Source: an uncultured bacterium (GTDB lineage: Bacteria; Actinomycetota; Acidimicrobiia; Spongiisociales; UBA5794). From it: a stretch of 64,000 nucleotides of DNA. A program made the position numbers and the translations under genes. Below, one piece after another: positions 19,065-29,722 of the stretch. The notes beneath the pieces were generated by a model. That model had not been told where the DNA came from, did no database searches, and saw only the letters and a program-made list of their open reading frames with translations. The stretch covers positions 64,001 through 128,000 of the forward strand of contig CAWDDT010000010.1 of the NCBI GenBank assembly GCA_963801165.1. The letters run 5' to 3'. Within the stretch, counting starts at the first letter, position 1, and the number at the start of each line of letters is the position of its first letter.

Positions 19065-20793
19065 CAGCAGCAGCAACGACAACGGGGTCGGGCGAGTCCT
19101 CGGTACCGAGCACACTTCCACCCGCGAGTTCCGTGTTGTCCTCGACGAGACCGAATACCTGCAACTCGACGATCTCGTGGTTGTCCGGACCCAGGTCCCC
19201 AAACAGGGGGAGGTCCGCACCTACGGTGTCGTCACCGAGGTCGCGGCCGTTTACGAGGGCGCCACGTTCGAGAGTGACACGCACCGGATCGCAGTCGACG
19301 GCACGATGCCAGGGGCCAAGGTGAGATCGGCGGAGGTAGCCATCACCCGGGTGGACCCTGAGCTGTGGGTATCCCCCGACCCCGGCGAGAAGGTCGAGCG
19401 GGCCCGGGGGCTGGAGCGGGACAAGGCTCTCTACGTTGATGAGATGGGGCGACCGCTCCCCATCGGCTTGGGACGAGACGGTGAGCCGGTGTTCGTCGAT
19501 CTCGATTTCTTCGACGGTCGCAAGGGCGGCCACATGTCGATCTCGGGGATAAGCGGTGTCGCCACCAAGACCTCGTTTGCCCTGTTCTTTCTGCGCCTCC
19601 TGGCGGCCCGACCCGATGTTCTCGGCGAGGGTGCCGCCAACCTGCGAATCCTCGTCTTCAACGTCAAGGGCGAGGACTTGCTCTGGCTCGACAAGAAGAA
19701 CCGGTACTTCGACCCCGGCGACGCCGACACCTGGCATAGCCTCGGCGTCGAGCCCGGCCCGTTCCCCTCCGTGTCGTTCTGGGCGCCACCGCGGGTGCAG
19801 ACCGGTGACGTAGTCATCCCCGATACCGGCGGACGTCAGGAAGGCGTGGACGCTTTCGGGTGGACGCCACGCGAGTTCATCGACGACGGGTTGTTGCGCT
19901 TCTTGTTCACCGACGCCAGCGACAGTCGCAACCAGATCCCGTTCATAGAGGAGCGCGTGCGGGCGCAGTTGCAGAGGTACGCCGTCGATGTCGCCGGCCG
20001 GCCGGGCGCCGTCGTGCTGCGCGACCCGGTCGAAGGGCACGCCCCCGGAGCCAGCGTCGTGCCCAACCGGGGCGAGCGGATCATCACGGAACTGCGCACG
20101 CTGGTCGACGCGGTCGAGGAGTTCGTCGACCCCGAAGACGGGGAGCCCGATCAGCGTTGGACCGGGCGGGTCCAGGCAGGCACCGTTTCGGCGTTTGTCC
20201 GCCGGCTGCACTCGGCGGCCCATCGTCTCGGGCACCTGGTCAGGGCCGGTGACAGCCGGCAGATCGACCGCAGAGCGGCTCAGGTCACCGTGGTGGCCAT
20301 CCAGACGCTCCACGACCTCGGTCAGCGGTTCGTGGTGGGTGCACTGCTGGCGGAGACGTTTGCCGAGAAGGAGCAAACCGGGCAGCGCCTTCCGCTCTCG
20401 GTGATCGTGCTCGATGAGTTGAACAAATACGCCCCCAGGGAGGGCAGCAGCCCGCTCAAGGAGATGTTGATCGATATTGCCCAGCGGGGGCGGTCGCTGG
20501 GTGTGCTCCTGGTCGGGGCGCAGCAGACCGCGTCGCGGGTGGCTTCGGAGGTGATGGAGAACGCGGCGCTCAGGGTGGCGGGGCGTCTCGACGCCGCCGA
20601 GGCGGAGCGCTCCGAGTACGGCTGGATGCTGCCGTCGACCCGGGCACGGGCACGTCTTCTCAAACCGGGGACGATGGTGGTCAGTCAACCGGCGCTTCCG
20701 GTTCCTCTCGTCGTCGAGTTCCCGTTCCCGCCTTGGGCGACGCGTAAGGAGGAGGTCGACACGGCCGATAGCGACCCGTTTGCCGGGCTGTGA
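19054..20793 (+). CDS. herA: HerA/FtsK-family ATPase
   Basis: N-terminal HAS barrel, variant Walker A SGISGVATKTS, VLDELNKYAP Walker B, RGRSLGV...AQQ. Confidence 0.85.
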   Translation: MMVDSSSNDNGVGRVLGTEHTSTREFRVVLDETEYLQLDDLVVVRTQVPKQGEVRTYGVVTEVAAVYEGATFESDTHRIAVDGTMPGAKVRSAEVAITRVDPELWVSPDPGEKVERARGLERDKALYVDEMGRPLPIGLGRDGEPVFVDLDFFDGRKGGHMSISGISGVATKTSFALFFLRLLAARPDVLGEGAANLRILVFNVKGEDLLWLDKKNRYFDPGDADTWHSLGVEPGPFPSVSFWAPPRVQTGDVVIPDTGGRQEGVDAFGWTPREFIDDGLLRFLFTDASDSRNQIPFIEERVRAQLQRYAVDVAGRPGAVVLRDPVEGHAPGASVVPNRGERIITELRTLVDAVEEFVDPEDGEPDQRWTGRVQAGTVSAFVRRLHSAAHRLGHLVRAGDSRQIDRRAAQVTVVAIQTLHDLGQRFVVGALLAETFAEKEQTGQRLPLSVIVLDELNKYAPREGSSPLKEMLIDIAQRGRSLGVLLVGAQQTASRVASEVMENAALRVAGRLDAAEAERSEYGWMLPSTRARARLLKPGTMVVSQPALPVPLVVEFPFPPWATRKEEVDTADSDPFAGL

Positions 20794-21959
20794 AGGTTCT
20801 GCACACCTCGGACTGGCACGTCGGGAAGAGGCTCGGCCGCTATGACCGGAGCGACGAGTATCGCTCCGTCATCAATGAGGTTGTCACCATCGCCGACGAC
20901 GAGGCGGTTGATCTGGTTCTCCATTCCGGGGACCTCTTCGACCGCCCGGTGCCGCCGATCGAGGCATTGGAGATTGGTCTCACCGGCCTCGTGCAACTCA
21001 CCTCCGGCGGGCGCCGACCCGTGGTCGTCATTGCGGGCAACCATGACTCGTCGGGATTGTTCGAGGCCCTGGCGCCATTCCTGCGTGGGCAGAACATCCA
21101 TCTGGTCGGCAAGATCAAGAGGCCCGAGGGCGGTGGTGTCCTCGACATCGACACCCCGGGTGGTCGTGCGGTCGTCAGTTGCTTCCCGTTCCTGCGCGAG
21201 GGCCGCGCTTTCCACGTCTGGGACGAAGTGTCCGAGCACTACAAGAAGTACGCGGACCGGTTGCGCGCCATCTCCGAGGCATACTCCGCTCATGCGGGCA
21301 AGCTGGCAGGCTCCGACGCTGTGCAGTTCCTTGTGGCCCACTTCCTCGTCGGGGACGTCAGGGTGCACGGTCACGGCGCGCCCCGCGGGGAGCGCTTGTT
21401 GCACATGGGCGAGGCGTACACCGCCACCAGCGAAGCGATCCCTCCCGGTCCCCAGTACGTGGCGATGGGTCACATTCATGCTCCGCAACCGGTTCCCGGC
21501 GCAAAGGTCCCCGCCGAGTATGCCGGCTCGTTGTTGGAGCTCGACTTCGGCGAGGCGGGGGAGAAGAAGCGGGTCGTCATCGTGGAGGCAGAACCAGGGC
21601 GACCTGCGACGGTGCGGTCGGTGCCGCTGTCCGCGGGGAGACGGCTGCTCCGGCTCAACGGGGAGTGGTCAGACCTGATCGGCCGCGACGACGTGTACGA
21701 CAGCTATCTCGATGTCACGGTAGAGACGGCGGGTCCCGATCCCGGGCTGGTTGATCGGGTGCGTGAGGAGTTCGACTACGTGGTCCATGTGCGCGCCGAG
21801 TATCCACGGGCGGAATCCGATGCAGGTCTGCGGGCGGGGAAATCGCTTGTCGAGCTGTACGGTGAGTACTACCTGGAGACCGAAGGCGTTGCGGCCCCCG
21901 ACGAGCTCATCGCCGGGTTCCGCGAGGTCATGGAGGAGGCAGGCTATGCGTCCTCTTGA
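20790..21959 (+). CDS. sbcD: Exonuclease SbcD (Mre11 homolog)
   Basis: LHTSDWHVG, SGDLFD, IAGNHD, YVAMGHIH. Confidence 0.92.
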   Translation: MKVLHTSDWHVGKRLGRYDRSDEYRSVINEVVTIADDEAVDLVLHSGDLFDRPVPPIEALEIGLTGLVQLTSGGRRPVVVIAGNHDSSGLFEALAPFLRGQNIHLVGKIKRPEGGGVLDIDTPGGRAVVSCFPFLREGRAFHVWDEVSEHYKKYADRLRAISEAYSAHAGKLAGSDAVQFLVAHFLVGDVRVHGHGAPRGERLLHMGEAYTATSEAIPPGPQYVAMGHIHAPQPVPGAKVPAEYAGSLLELDFGEAGEKKRVVIVEAEPGRPATVRSVPLSAGRRLLRLNGEWSDLIGRDDVYDSYLDVTVETAGPDPGLVDRVREEFDYVVHVRAEYPRAESDAGLRAGKSLVELYGEYYLETEGVAAPDELIAGFREVMEEAGYASS

Positions 21960-24447
21960 GCTGCGGGTACGCAACTTCCGGTCGTATTCCGGGGAGCACG
22001 TCTTCGATTTCGCCGACAGGCATCTCGTTGCGATCGTGGGCCCGATCGGGAGCGGCAAGTCGTCGATTCTCGATGCGATCGTCTTCGCTCTCTACGGGCG
22101 GACCCCGCGACTCGGCACCAATACGAAGGCCTTGATCAACCAGCGCGCCGCCGATGCGGCTGTCTCGCTGCGGTTCGAGGTAGAGGGCGAGCTGTGGGAG
22201 GTAACCCGCTCGATACGGATCAAGGGTGCCAGCCGTCATGCGATGTACCGCTACGAGGATCCGGACGGCGAACCGGTCGAGAAGCTGACGATGGAATCCG
22301 AAGTGAGCGAGAAGGTCGTCGAGCTGCTCGGCCTCGAATACAGCGCGTTCGAACGGTCCGTCCTTCTTGCTCAAGGACGCTTCGCCGAATTTCTTCAGGC
22401 ACCGCCACGGGATCGGGATCGGGTTCTCAAGGGCGTCTTTGGTCACGATCGTGTTGATCGGATGAAGGCGTTGGCAAAGGAACGCAGCGAGCTTGCCGGG
22501 GCCGAGCTCGACAAGGTGGGTGTGAGGCTGGAGAGGTTCGACGAGATCGCTGAGCGCCTCGAGCGAAATAATGTCGAGCTCGGTGAGGTACGCGAAAGCC
22601 ACCAGCGGCTTGTCGGCATTGCCGCCACCGACGCCGAGTTGGCCGAGCGGAGCGAAAAGGCAGGTAGGACACTGGACGCAGTGGTAAAACGCCGCACGAT
22701 GCTCGAGGAGCAGGTCACCCGGCTCCCCGACATCGGGACGACGGAGCGTGCGATTTCAGAGGCGAGCGCCGCGGGGCGACGCCGTGCGGACTTTGCCAAA
22801 GCCCTCGAAGAGGCCCAGCAACGGCTCCAGGCCGCCGATGGGGCTCTGCAAAGGGCGAACGAGCAGGACGAGCCGGTGGTACTGGAGCGAGCGGCCGGTC
22901 TTCTTGCCGCCGGTGAGCCGCAACTCAAGGCCGTCGTCGAAGCCGACCGGAGGGCCAAGCGGGCCGAAGCGGATCTCGCCGAGGCGGCGAAGAGGGAGGA
23001 GGCCGCGGCCGGGGAGCTTCACGAGGTGGAGCACCGCCGGGACGTCACTCTGGGCAGGGCGGCCGAGGCCGCCAAGATCTTCGAGGAGGCCGGGGCGGCG
23101 CTCGAGCGGGGTCGTCACGCCAACATGGCGGCGACGCTGCGCGCCGGTCTCGAGGTGGAGGAGCCCTGTCCGGTCTGCCACCAGACCGTCGTCGAGATAC
23201 CCGACCTTCCCGAGGACTCCAGGCTCGAGGAGTTGGAGGACGTCTTTGCGTCTGCGCGGCGCACGAAGGGCGATATGGACAAGGCGCACACGGATGCGCT
23301 GACCGCACTCGAGCGGGTCAAGGGCGGTGTTCGGTCGGCACACGATGGGGTGGAGGCCGCCCGAGCCCGGTTAGCCGGTGCCCGCGACGACGCCACCCGG
23401 GCGCGAGGCGATCTGGAGGAGACCAACCTCCGGCTGGAGAAGATTCTCGGTTCGGGCGATGCGAGTGAGCACCTGGAGAGGAGAAAGCGTGCTTACAACG
23501 ATCTGGTAGCTGCGCGAGACGCCGCCCAGCGCCGGGCCGACCAGATACGCGGCGATCACAACCAGGCGATCCTCGACGAGCAGAACGCAGCGAGGTCGCT
23601 CCAGGATCTGAGCATGCTGCTCAGCGACCTGGCGGCCCGGCTCGAGGTCGACGTCGAGATCGGAGACAGCCCACAATCGCTTGCGGACGCGCTGGTCGCC
23701 TTGCGCACAACGTGGTCCGAGCTGACCACCAGCCTGCGCACCGAGCAGACCGATGCGGAATCCGAGCTGACCGGGATCGCCCGGGAGCGGGCCGAGTTGT
23801 ACGCCGCTGCCGGCGTCACCGGCGACATCCCCTCGGCCGTTGCGGTCGCCGCCGATCGGATCGAACGCCTGGAGAGCGCGATCAGCGCAGACGAGACCGA
23901 GCTCGGCAAGGCGGCTGACCTTGTTGCCGCCCGGGCCACGCTGCAGAGCACGGCCGAAGTCTTCTCGAGGATCAACCGCGACTTGACCGACTCGCGTTTT
24001 GTCCGCTTTCTACTCGACGACGAGCGAGCCCGCCTCGCCGAGCTGGGCAGCGAGCACTTCCAGCGCCTGTCGGCAGGCAGGTATCGGTTCGCCGACGACC
24101 AGTTTGCCATTCTCGACCTCACCGCGGCCGACGCAACCCGGCGCGCCGACAGTCTCTCGGGTGGCGAGACGTTCCTGGCCTCTCTTGGGCTGGCGCTCGC
24201 CCTCGCCGAGATGGTCGCCGGGACGGGTGGGCGGCTTGACGCCTTCTTCCTCGACGAGGGGTTCGGCACCCTCGATCCGGAGCATCTCGACCTGGCGATG
24301 GAGGGGGTCGAGACCCTGGTCGCCGAGCGTTCCGACCGGCTGGTGGTCCTCGTCAGCCACGTCCCCGAGTTGCGGGAGCGCATCGAGGATCTGATCGTTT
24401 TGGAGCGCAACCCCGTCACTGGAGATACCAGGGTCCTGAGCGGCTAA
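21946..24447 (+). CDS. sbcC: SbcC (Rad50 homolog) SMC-like ATPase
   Basis: GPIGSGKSS, coiled coil with CPVC zinc hook, LSGGE signature, FLDEGFGTLD; start ATG 21946. Confidence 0.92.
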   Translation: MRPLELRVRNFRSYSGEHVFDFADRHLVAIVGPIGSGKSSILDAIVFALYGRTPRLGTNTKALINQRAADAAVSLRFEVEGELWEVTRSIRIKGASRHAMYRYEDPDGEPVEKLTMESEVSEKVVELLGLEYSAFERSVLLAQGRFAEFLQAPPRDRDRVLKGVFGHDRVDRMKALAKERSELAGAELDKVGVRLERFDEIAERLERNNVELGEVRESHQRLVGIAATDAELAERSEKAGRTLDAVVKRRTMLEEQVTRLPDIGTTERAISEASAAGRRRADFAKALEEAQQRLQAADGALQRANEQDEPVVLERAAGLLAAGEPQLKAVVEADRRAKRAEADLAEAAKREEAAAGELHEVEHRRDVTLGRAAEAAKIFEEAGAALERGRHANMAATLRAGLEVEEPCPVCHQTVVEIPDLPEDSRLEELEDVFASARRTKGDMDKAHTDALTALERVKGGVRSAHDGVEAARARLAGARDDATRARGDLEETNLRLEKILGSGDASEHLERRKRAYNDLVAARDAAQRRADQIRGDHNQAILDEQNAARSLQDLSMLLSDLAARLEVDVEIGDSPQSLADALVALRTTWSELTTSLRTEQTDAESELTGIARERAELYAAAGVTGDIPSAVAVAADRIERLESAISADETELGKAADLVAARATLQSTAEVFSRINRDLTDSRFVRFLLDDERARLAELGSEHFQRLSAGRYRFADDQFAILDLTAADATRRADSLSGGETFLASLGLALALAEMVAGTGGRLDAFFLDEGFGTLDPEHLDLAMEGVETLVAERSDRLVVLVSHVPELRERIEDLIVLERNPVTGDTRVLSG

Positions 24448-24477
24448 TCGCTCCGCGGTGCCGGTGAGCGATCTACT

Positions 24478-25923
24478 ATGCAAATGATGCAGAAGCCCGA
24501 GTTCCCCATCATTATCCAAGGCGGCATGGGAGTCGCCGTCTCCAATTGGCGTCTCGCCAATGCGGTGTCCCGTCTCGGACAGATGGGGGTGGTTTCCGGG
24601 ACCGCACTCGACGTTGTTCTGGTGCGCCGCTTGCAGACCGGTGATATCGGCGGGCACCTACGCCGGGCTGCGGCGCAATTCCCGGTGCCTGATGTGGTCA
24701 AACGCGTGTTCGACAGGTACTTCATCGAGGGTGGCAAGCAACTCAAGGAGCGCTTCAAGAGCAACCCGATGGGTCGGTTGAGGCCTTCCCGTAACGTGCT
24801 CGACCTCCAGGTCCTTTCCAACTTCATCGAGGTGTTTCTGGCCAAGGAGGGCCACGACGGGATGGTAGGCGTCAACCTGCTCACCAAGATCCAGGGCCCG
24901 ACCATCCCCTCGCTCTACGGGGCGATGCTGGCCGGGGTCGACGCGGTGCTGATGGGTGCCGGGATCCCCAGGGAGATCCCGGGTGTGCTCGATAGGTTGG
25001 CCGACGGAGAGCCGGCGGAAATCAAGCTCGATGTCAAGGATGCGGACAAGGAAAAGCCTTTCCGGCTGCGCTTCGACCCTGCAGAGTATTGGAACGCCAT
25101 TGCCCCCAAGCTGAAGCGCCCCAAGTTCTTCCCCATCATCTCATCGGCTGTTCTCGCCAAGATGCTCGCAAAGAACGCGACCGGGGAGGTCGAAGGGTTC
25201 ATCGTCGAGGGTCCCACCGCGGGCGGTCACAACGCACCACCACGCGGCAAGCTCGAGTTGTCAGACGAGGGCGAGCCCGTATACGGCGAGCGGGACGTTG
25301 CCGACCTCGAGGCGATCGCCAAGGTCGGTCTTCCGTTCTGGCTGGCCGGTGGCTACGCCGAGCCAGAGCGTGTCGCGGAAGCGCTTGCCGCCGGAGCGAC
25401 CGGCGTGCAGGTGGGAACGGCGTTTGCCTATTCCGAGGAATCGGGGTTCTCCGAAGAGATCAAGAGATCGGTGATCGCCAAGAGCCGGCAGGGTACGGTG
25501 GGTGTCTTCACCGACCCGCTCGCCTCGCCGACCGGCTTCCCATTCAAGGTCGTTCCCCTGGTCGACACGATGTCCGAGGAGACCATCTATGCCAAGAGGG
25601 AGCGGGTCTGCGACCTCGGGTATCTCCGAACCCCGTACAAGATCGACGACGAGACCGTGGGTTGGAGATGCCCCGCCGAGCCGATACGTGATTTCGTGCG
25701 CAAGGGCGGCGACGAAGCCGACACGGTCGGTAGGAAATGCGTCTGCAACGCACTGCTCGCAAGCATCGAGTTCGGCCAGACCCAGGTGAGTGGTGAGCCG
25801 GAGTTGCCGCTGGTAACTTCCGGTGACGATGTCGCAGAAGTTGCACGATTTCTCAAGCCGGGCGCCGACACTTACACGGCTGCCGACGTGATCGACTACC
25901 TGCTACGGGACGTCACCGTCTGA
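24478..25923 (+). CDS. Nitronate monooxygenase / FabK-like flavin oxidoreductase
   Basis: IIQGGMGVAVS, EGPTAGGH, GVQVGTAF. Confidence 0.8.
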   Translation: MQMMQKPEFPIIIQGGMGVAVSNWRLANAVSRLGQMGVVSGTALDVVLVRRLQTGDIGGHLRRAAAQFPVPDVVKRVFDRYFIEGGKQLKERFKSNPMGRLRPSRNVLDLQVLSNFIEVFLAKEGHDGMVGVNLLTKIQGPTIPSLYGAMLAGVDAVLMGAGIPREIPGVLDRLADGEPAEIKLDVKDADKEKPFRLRFDPAEYWNAIAPKLKRPKFFPIISSAVLAKMLAKNATGEVEGFIVEGPTAGGHNAPPRGKLELSDEGEPVYGERDVADLEAIAKVGLPFWLAGGYAEPERVAEALAAGATGVQVGTAFAYSEESGFSEEIKRSVIAKSRQGTVGVFTDPLASPTGFPFKVVPLVDTMSEETIYAKRERVCDLGYLRTPYKIDDETVGWRCPAEPIRDFVRKGGDEADTVGRKCVCNALLASIEFGQTQVSGEPELPLVTSGDDVAEVARFLKPGADTYTAADVIDYLLRDVTV

Positions 25924-25926
25924 GGG

Positions 25927-27063
25927 ATGGGACCACTAGCAGGCGTCCGTGTCATCGAACTTGCGGGTATCGGCCCCGCCCCGTTTGCGGCCATGCTGCT
26001 CGGCGATTTGGGCGCCGATGTCGTCCGGGTCGACAGGCCCGGTCCCGCCGCATTCACCGGCCTGGAGAGCGTCACCGGGCGGAACCGACGCTCGATCGCT
26101 TTGGATTTGAAGAACCCCCAGGCGATTGAGGTCGCTCTGGACCTGGTGGCAACTGCCGACGTTCTCCTCGAGGGCATGCGCCCCGGGGTCACCGAGCGGC
26201 TCGGGCTCGGGCCCGAGCGGTGTATGGAACGCAACCCGGGACTCGTGTACGGAAGAATGACCGGTTGGGGTCAGCAGGGTCCTAACCAGGACCGGGCGGG
26301 TCACGACATCAACTACATCGCGCTCGCCGGTGCCCTGGGAGCGATAACAGGAAGTGACGGCAAGCCCGTGGTTCCCCTCAATCTGGTCGGTGACTTCGGT
26401 GGTGGATCTCTGTTTCTCGTGGTGGGTGTGCTGGCGGCATTGGTCGAGCGCGGCTCTTCGGGGCGTGGTCAGGTGATCGACGCTGCAATGGTCGATGGTG
26501 TCGCTTCGCTCACGACCATGTTCCACGAGTTGCGGGCGCTGGGTCTGTGGGGCGAGAAACCAGGGAACAACCTCCTCGACGGGGGGGCACCCTTCTACGA
26601 CACATACGAGACAGCGGACGGTAGCTGGATGTCGGTCGGAGCCCTGGAGCCGCAGTTCTTTGCGGTCCTGCTCGAACGTCTTGCGATAGAGGGGTTCCCG
26701 GTAGCCGCCCAGTACGACCGGACACGCTGGCCGGAGTTGCGTCACCAGATCGATACGGTGTTTCGAACCCACACCCGCGATGAGTGGGCAACGATCTTCG
26801 GTGACAGCGATGCCTGCGTGTGGCCCGTGCTTGCTCTCGAGGAGGCTCCCGCCCATCCAGCGAACGTAGCGCGCGGTGTGTTCGCCGACGTTGCCGGCGT
26901 TGTCCAGCCGGGGGTGGCACCGCGATTCTCGCGGAGCAGTGATCGCACACTTCGACCGGCGCCCGATCCGGGTGCGGATACCGGGACGTTGCTGTCCGGG
27001 CTGGGATACGCACCGGATCGGATCGCCGACCTGCATGCCACGGGTGCTGTCTTCTCGGCGTGA
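25927..27063 (+). CDS. CaiB/BaiF CoA-transferase III family (alpha-methylacyl-CoA racemase-like)
   Basis: LAGIGPAPF, AGHDINY, GDFGGG, NLLDGGAPFY. Confidence 0.9.
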   Translation: MGPLAGVRVIELAGIGPAPFAAMLLGDLGADVVRVDRPGPAAFTGLESVTGRNRRSIALDLKNPQAIEVALDLVATADVLLEGMRPGVTERLGLGPERCMERNPGLVYGRMTGWGQQGPNQDRAGHDINYIALAGALGAITGSDGKPVVPLNLVGDFGGGSLFLVVGVLAALVERGSSGRGQVIDAAMVDGVASLTTMFHELRALGLWGEKPGNNLLDGGAPFYDTYETADGSWMSVGALEPQFFAVLLERLAIEGFPVAAQYDRTRWPELRHQIDTVFRTHTRDEWATIFGDSDACVWPVLALEEAPAHPANVARGVFADVAGVVQPGVAPRFSRSSDRTLRPAPDPGADTGTLLSGLGYAPDRIADLHATGAVFSA

Positions 27064-27099
27064 CCTCCCGACGATCCAGGGGCATGCGCCACCGGTAGC

Positions 27100-28518
27100 A
27101 TGGAGCGAAAGGAGGCCTCTGTGAGACGCATTCTCATCAAGGGCGGCACGGTTGTCACCGCTGCCGAGACCATGCGAGCAGACGTGCTCATCGAGGGGGA
27201 GAAGGTCGTGGCCCTACTCGGCGAGGAGGCGCTCGACGTGACCGGAGCCGAGATCATTGCCGCTTCGGGCAAGCTCGTGTTTCCCGGCTCGGTGGATGCG
27301 CATACGCACATGGAGATACCCTTCGGGGCGGCCACCTCGAAAGACACATTCGAGACGGGAACACGGGCCGCGGTCTGGGGCGGCACTACCACGATCATCG
27401 ACTTCCCCATTCAGATGAAGGGCGACTCACTGATCGGGAGTTTCGAGGAGACGATGGCCAAAGCGGCCGCTGGCTCGGCGATCGACTTCGGTCTGCACCA
27501 GATTGTCGGCGACGTCAACGAAGAGTCGCTGGCGGAGCTCGACGTGGTGTTCAAGGAGGGTGTCACCTCATACAAGCTCTTTACCGCATACCCGGGTGTG
27601 TATTACTCAACGGATGCCGAGGTGGTCCAGGTCATGCAGTGGGCCGCGGGCAACGGCTCCACGATCCTGATGCATGCCGAGAACGGGTCGGTGATCGATC
27701 TACTGCGCGAGCAGGCGGTTGCGCGGGGCGACACGGCTCCGCTATACCACGCGTTGACCCGTCCCGCCGAGCTCGAGGGTGAGGCCGCTCATCGCACGAT
27801 CTTGCTCGCGGAGTTGACCGGTGCTCCGCTGTATATCGTTCACATCAGCGCCAAACAGGTGGTTGCGGAGATCGCTGCCGCCCGGGCGCGGGGGAGCTAC
27901 GTATTCGGCGAGACCTGCCCGCAATACCTGTTCCTCGAGCTGTCGATGCTGGACCAGGGTTTCGAGGGTGCGAAATACGTCTGCTCACCGCCGCTGCGGG
28001 ATCCTGCGGACGGGCACCAGGCCGCATTGTGGCGTGCTCTCGCCAACAACGACCTCCAGGTGGTGGCGACGGACCACTGCCCGTTCGATTTCGAAGGGCA
28101 GAAGACGCTGGGCAGGCATGATTTCACCAAGATCCCGAACGGGTTGCCTGTCGTCGAGCACCGCTTTCCGTTGATGATCCACGCCGCCCTGGCCGAAAAG
28201 CGGTTCACGCTCAACCGCATGGTTGATGTCTCGGCGACGGCGCCGGCCAAGATGTTTGGCCTCTACCCCCGGAAGGGCACGATCGCCGTTGGATCGGACG
28301 CGGACCTGGTCATCGTCGATCCCGATGCAACCGACACCATCTCTGTCGCAACCCACCACATGAACGTTGACTACTCGTGCTTCGAAGGCATGGAGCTGAC
28401 GGGGAGGATAGAGACGGTGGTATCCCGGGGGGATGTCCTCGTCTCCGACGGCGAATATCACGGCCGGCCGGGACGTGGCCGCTACCTGAAGAGAGGTCCC
28501 AATCAGCTCGTGCCGTGA
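27100..28518 (+). CDS. hydA: Dihydropyrimidinase / D-hydantoinase
   Basis: DAHTH, GVTSYK, MHAENG, ATDHCPF, IPNGLP. Confidence 0.9.
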   Translation: MERKEASVRRILIKGGTVVTAAETMRADVLIEGEKVVALLGEEALDVTGAEIIAASGKLVFPGSVDAHTHMEIPFGAATSKDTFETGTRAAVWGGTTTIIDFPIQMKGDSLIGSFEETMAKAAAGSAIDFGLHQIVGDVNEESLAELDVVFKEGVTSYKLFTAYPGVYYSTDAEVVQVMQWAAGNGSTILMHAENGSVIDLLREQAVARGDTAPLYHALTRPAELEGEAAHRTILLAELTGAPLYIVHISAKQVVAEIAAARARGSYVFGETCPQYLFLELSMLDQGFEGAKYVCSPPLRDPADGHQAALWRALANNDLQVVATDHCPFDFEGQKTLGRHDFTKIPNGLPVVEHRFPLMIHAALAEKRFTLNRMVDVSATAPAKMFGLYPRKGTIAVGSDADLVIVDPDATDTISVATHHMNVDYSCFEGMELTGRIETVVSRGDVLVSDGEYHGRPGRGRYLKRGPNQLVP

Positions 28519-28723
28519 CCGGGGTTCAAGAAATCCTGCCGGAAATGCCGATAGCGATTTCGTGGAAGCAATGCAGCGGGTCATGAGATTGTCAGTGCTG
28601 GCCAGGACGGTAGCCGCCGGTCACTACCAGGTGCCGGCCGAATATGTCGCGGATGCGATTTTGGCGGGCAAATGGAGAAACGACCCTGACGAGTAGCGCC
28701 GTCTTTGCGAATCTGCGAAGCGA

Positions 28724-29644
28724 TTACCCGACCCGTTCCGGCGTCTCGCTGCTCGCAGGGACCCGTTCCCCCAGCTTGCCAAGGGCGATGACGAGACCGA
28801 AGGCGATTACGGCGAGCGCAGTCACGCCGACCGCGTTCGCGCCCGGTGCCCCGAGGACCGTGCTGTCCAACCCGTCGGGCCACGGCCACAGGACGCGCAT
28901 CGAGCCCGCCATCAGACCGATCAGGGCGGCAACGATCGTGTCGTGGTGATGCTCGAGCGACCAGCTCAGCACCTGGGAGAAGAGCGCGAGACCCAGCACC
29001 ATGCCGGCCGCAAACACGATCAGCGTCACCAGCGACCTGTCGTTGACGGCAGCGATCACGGGCCCATACATCCCGAGGATCACGAGGAGGAACGACCCGC
29101 TTATTCCGGGGAGGATCATGGCGCAGATGGCCACAGCCCCCGACAGGAAGAACGCCCACAACGCCGGGTTGGTGAGCTGGCCCACGGTTTCCTCCGAGGT
29201 GCCCTCACGGAGCCCGAGCAATACGAACATGATGACCGCGACCGCTACCAGGATGCCTACCGTCCTCGCGTCCCACCGTTTGACGAGTCTCCAGGCGATG
29301 ACGACGGAGCCTGCGATGAGGCCGGAGAACAACCCGGCCATCTCCTCGGGGTGGTCCTGGAGCAGGTTCGAGATGAGCTTGGCGAGCGTCAACACAGCGA
29401 GGAGGATCCCGGTGACCAGCGGAACGAGGAACCACCAATCGACCCTCTTGGCCCAGTGACGGGCCCCGGCGAGGTCGCCCCGCACCATCTTCCCGAGCGC
29501 CGAGCTACCGGAGCGGATCGAATCGATGAGACGCTCGTATATACCGAGAACGAGGGCGATCGTTCCGCCGGAAACGCCGGGAACGACATCGGCGGCCCCC
29601 ATCAGGAAGCCGCGCACAACATGTAACGGGGTTTTGCGGATCAC
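28724..29644 (-). CDS. DUF368 family membrane protein
   Basis: GAADVVPGVSGGTIA and AMILPGISGS motifs; start GTG about 29644. Confidence 0.88.
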   Translation of the reverse strand: MIRKTPLHVVRGFLMGAADVVPGVSGGTIALVLGIYERLIDSIRSGSSALGKMVRGDLAGARHWAKRVDWWFLVPLVTGILLAVLTLAKLISNLLQDHPEEMAGLFSGLIAGSVVIAWRLVKRWDARTVGILVAVAVIMFVLLGLREGTSEETVGQLTNPALWAFFLSGAVAICAMILPGISGSFLLVILGMYGPVIAAVNDRSLVTLIVFAAGMVLGLALFSQVLSWSLEHHHDTIVAALIGLMAGSMRVLWPWPDGLDSTVLGAPGANAVGVTALAVIAFGLVIALGKLGERVPASSETPERVG

Positions 29645-29657
29645 GAGTGAGGATTGT

Positions 29658-29690
29658 AGAGGTGGCGCCGGCACATGCGGCGCCACCTCT
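29658..29690. terminator. Hairpin with 13-bp perfect stem, downstream of the minus-strand spondin gene
   Basis: AGAGGTGGCGCCG-7 nt loop-CGGCGCCACCTCT. Confidence 0.65.
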
Positions 29691-29722
29691 GACCGGTAAT
29701 GGGCGAATCGTTGCTGTAGGAG

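Noticed and set aside
18823-20688. Long antisense ORFs (621 aa here; similar at 35453, 38227, 60982)
   Set aside because: Shadow frames of well-supported genes in high-GC DNA with no recognisable motifs
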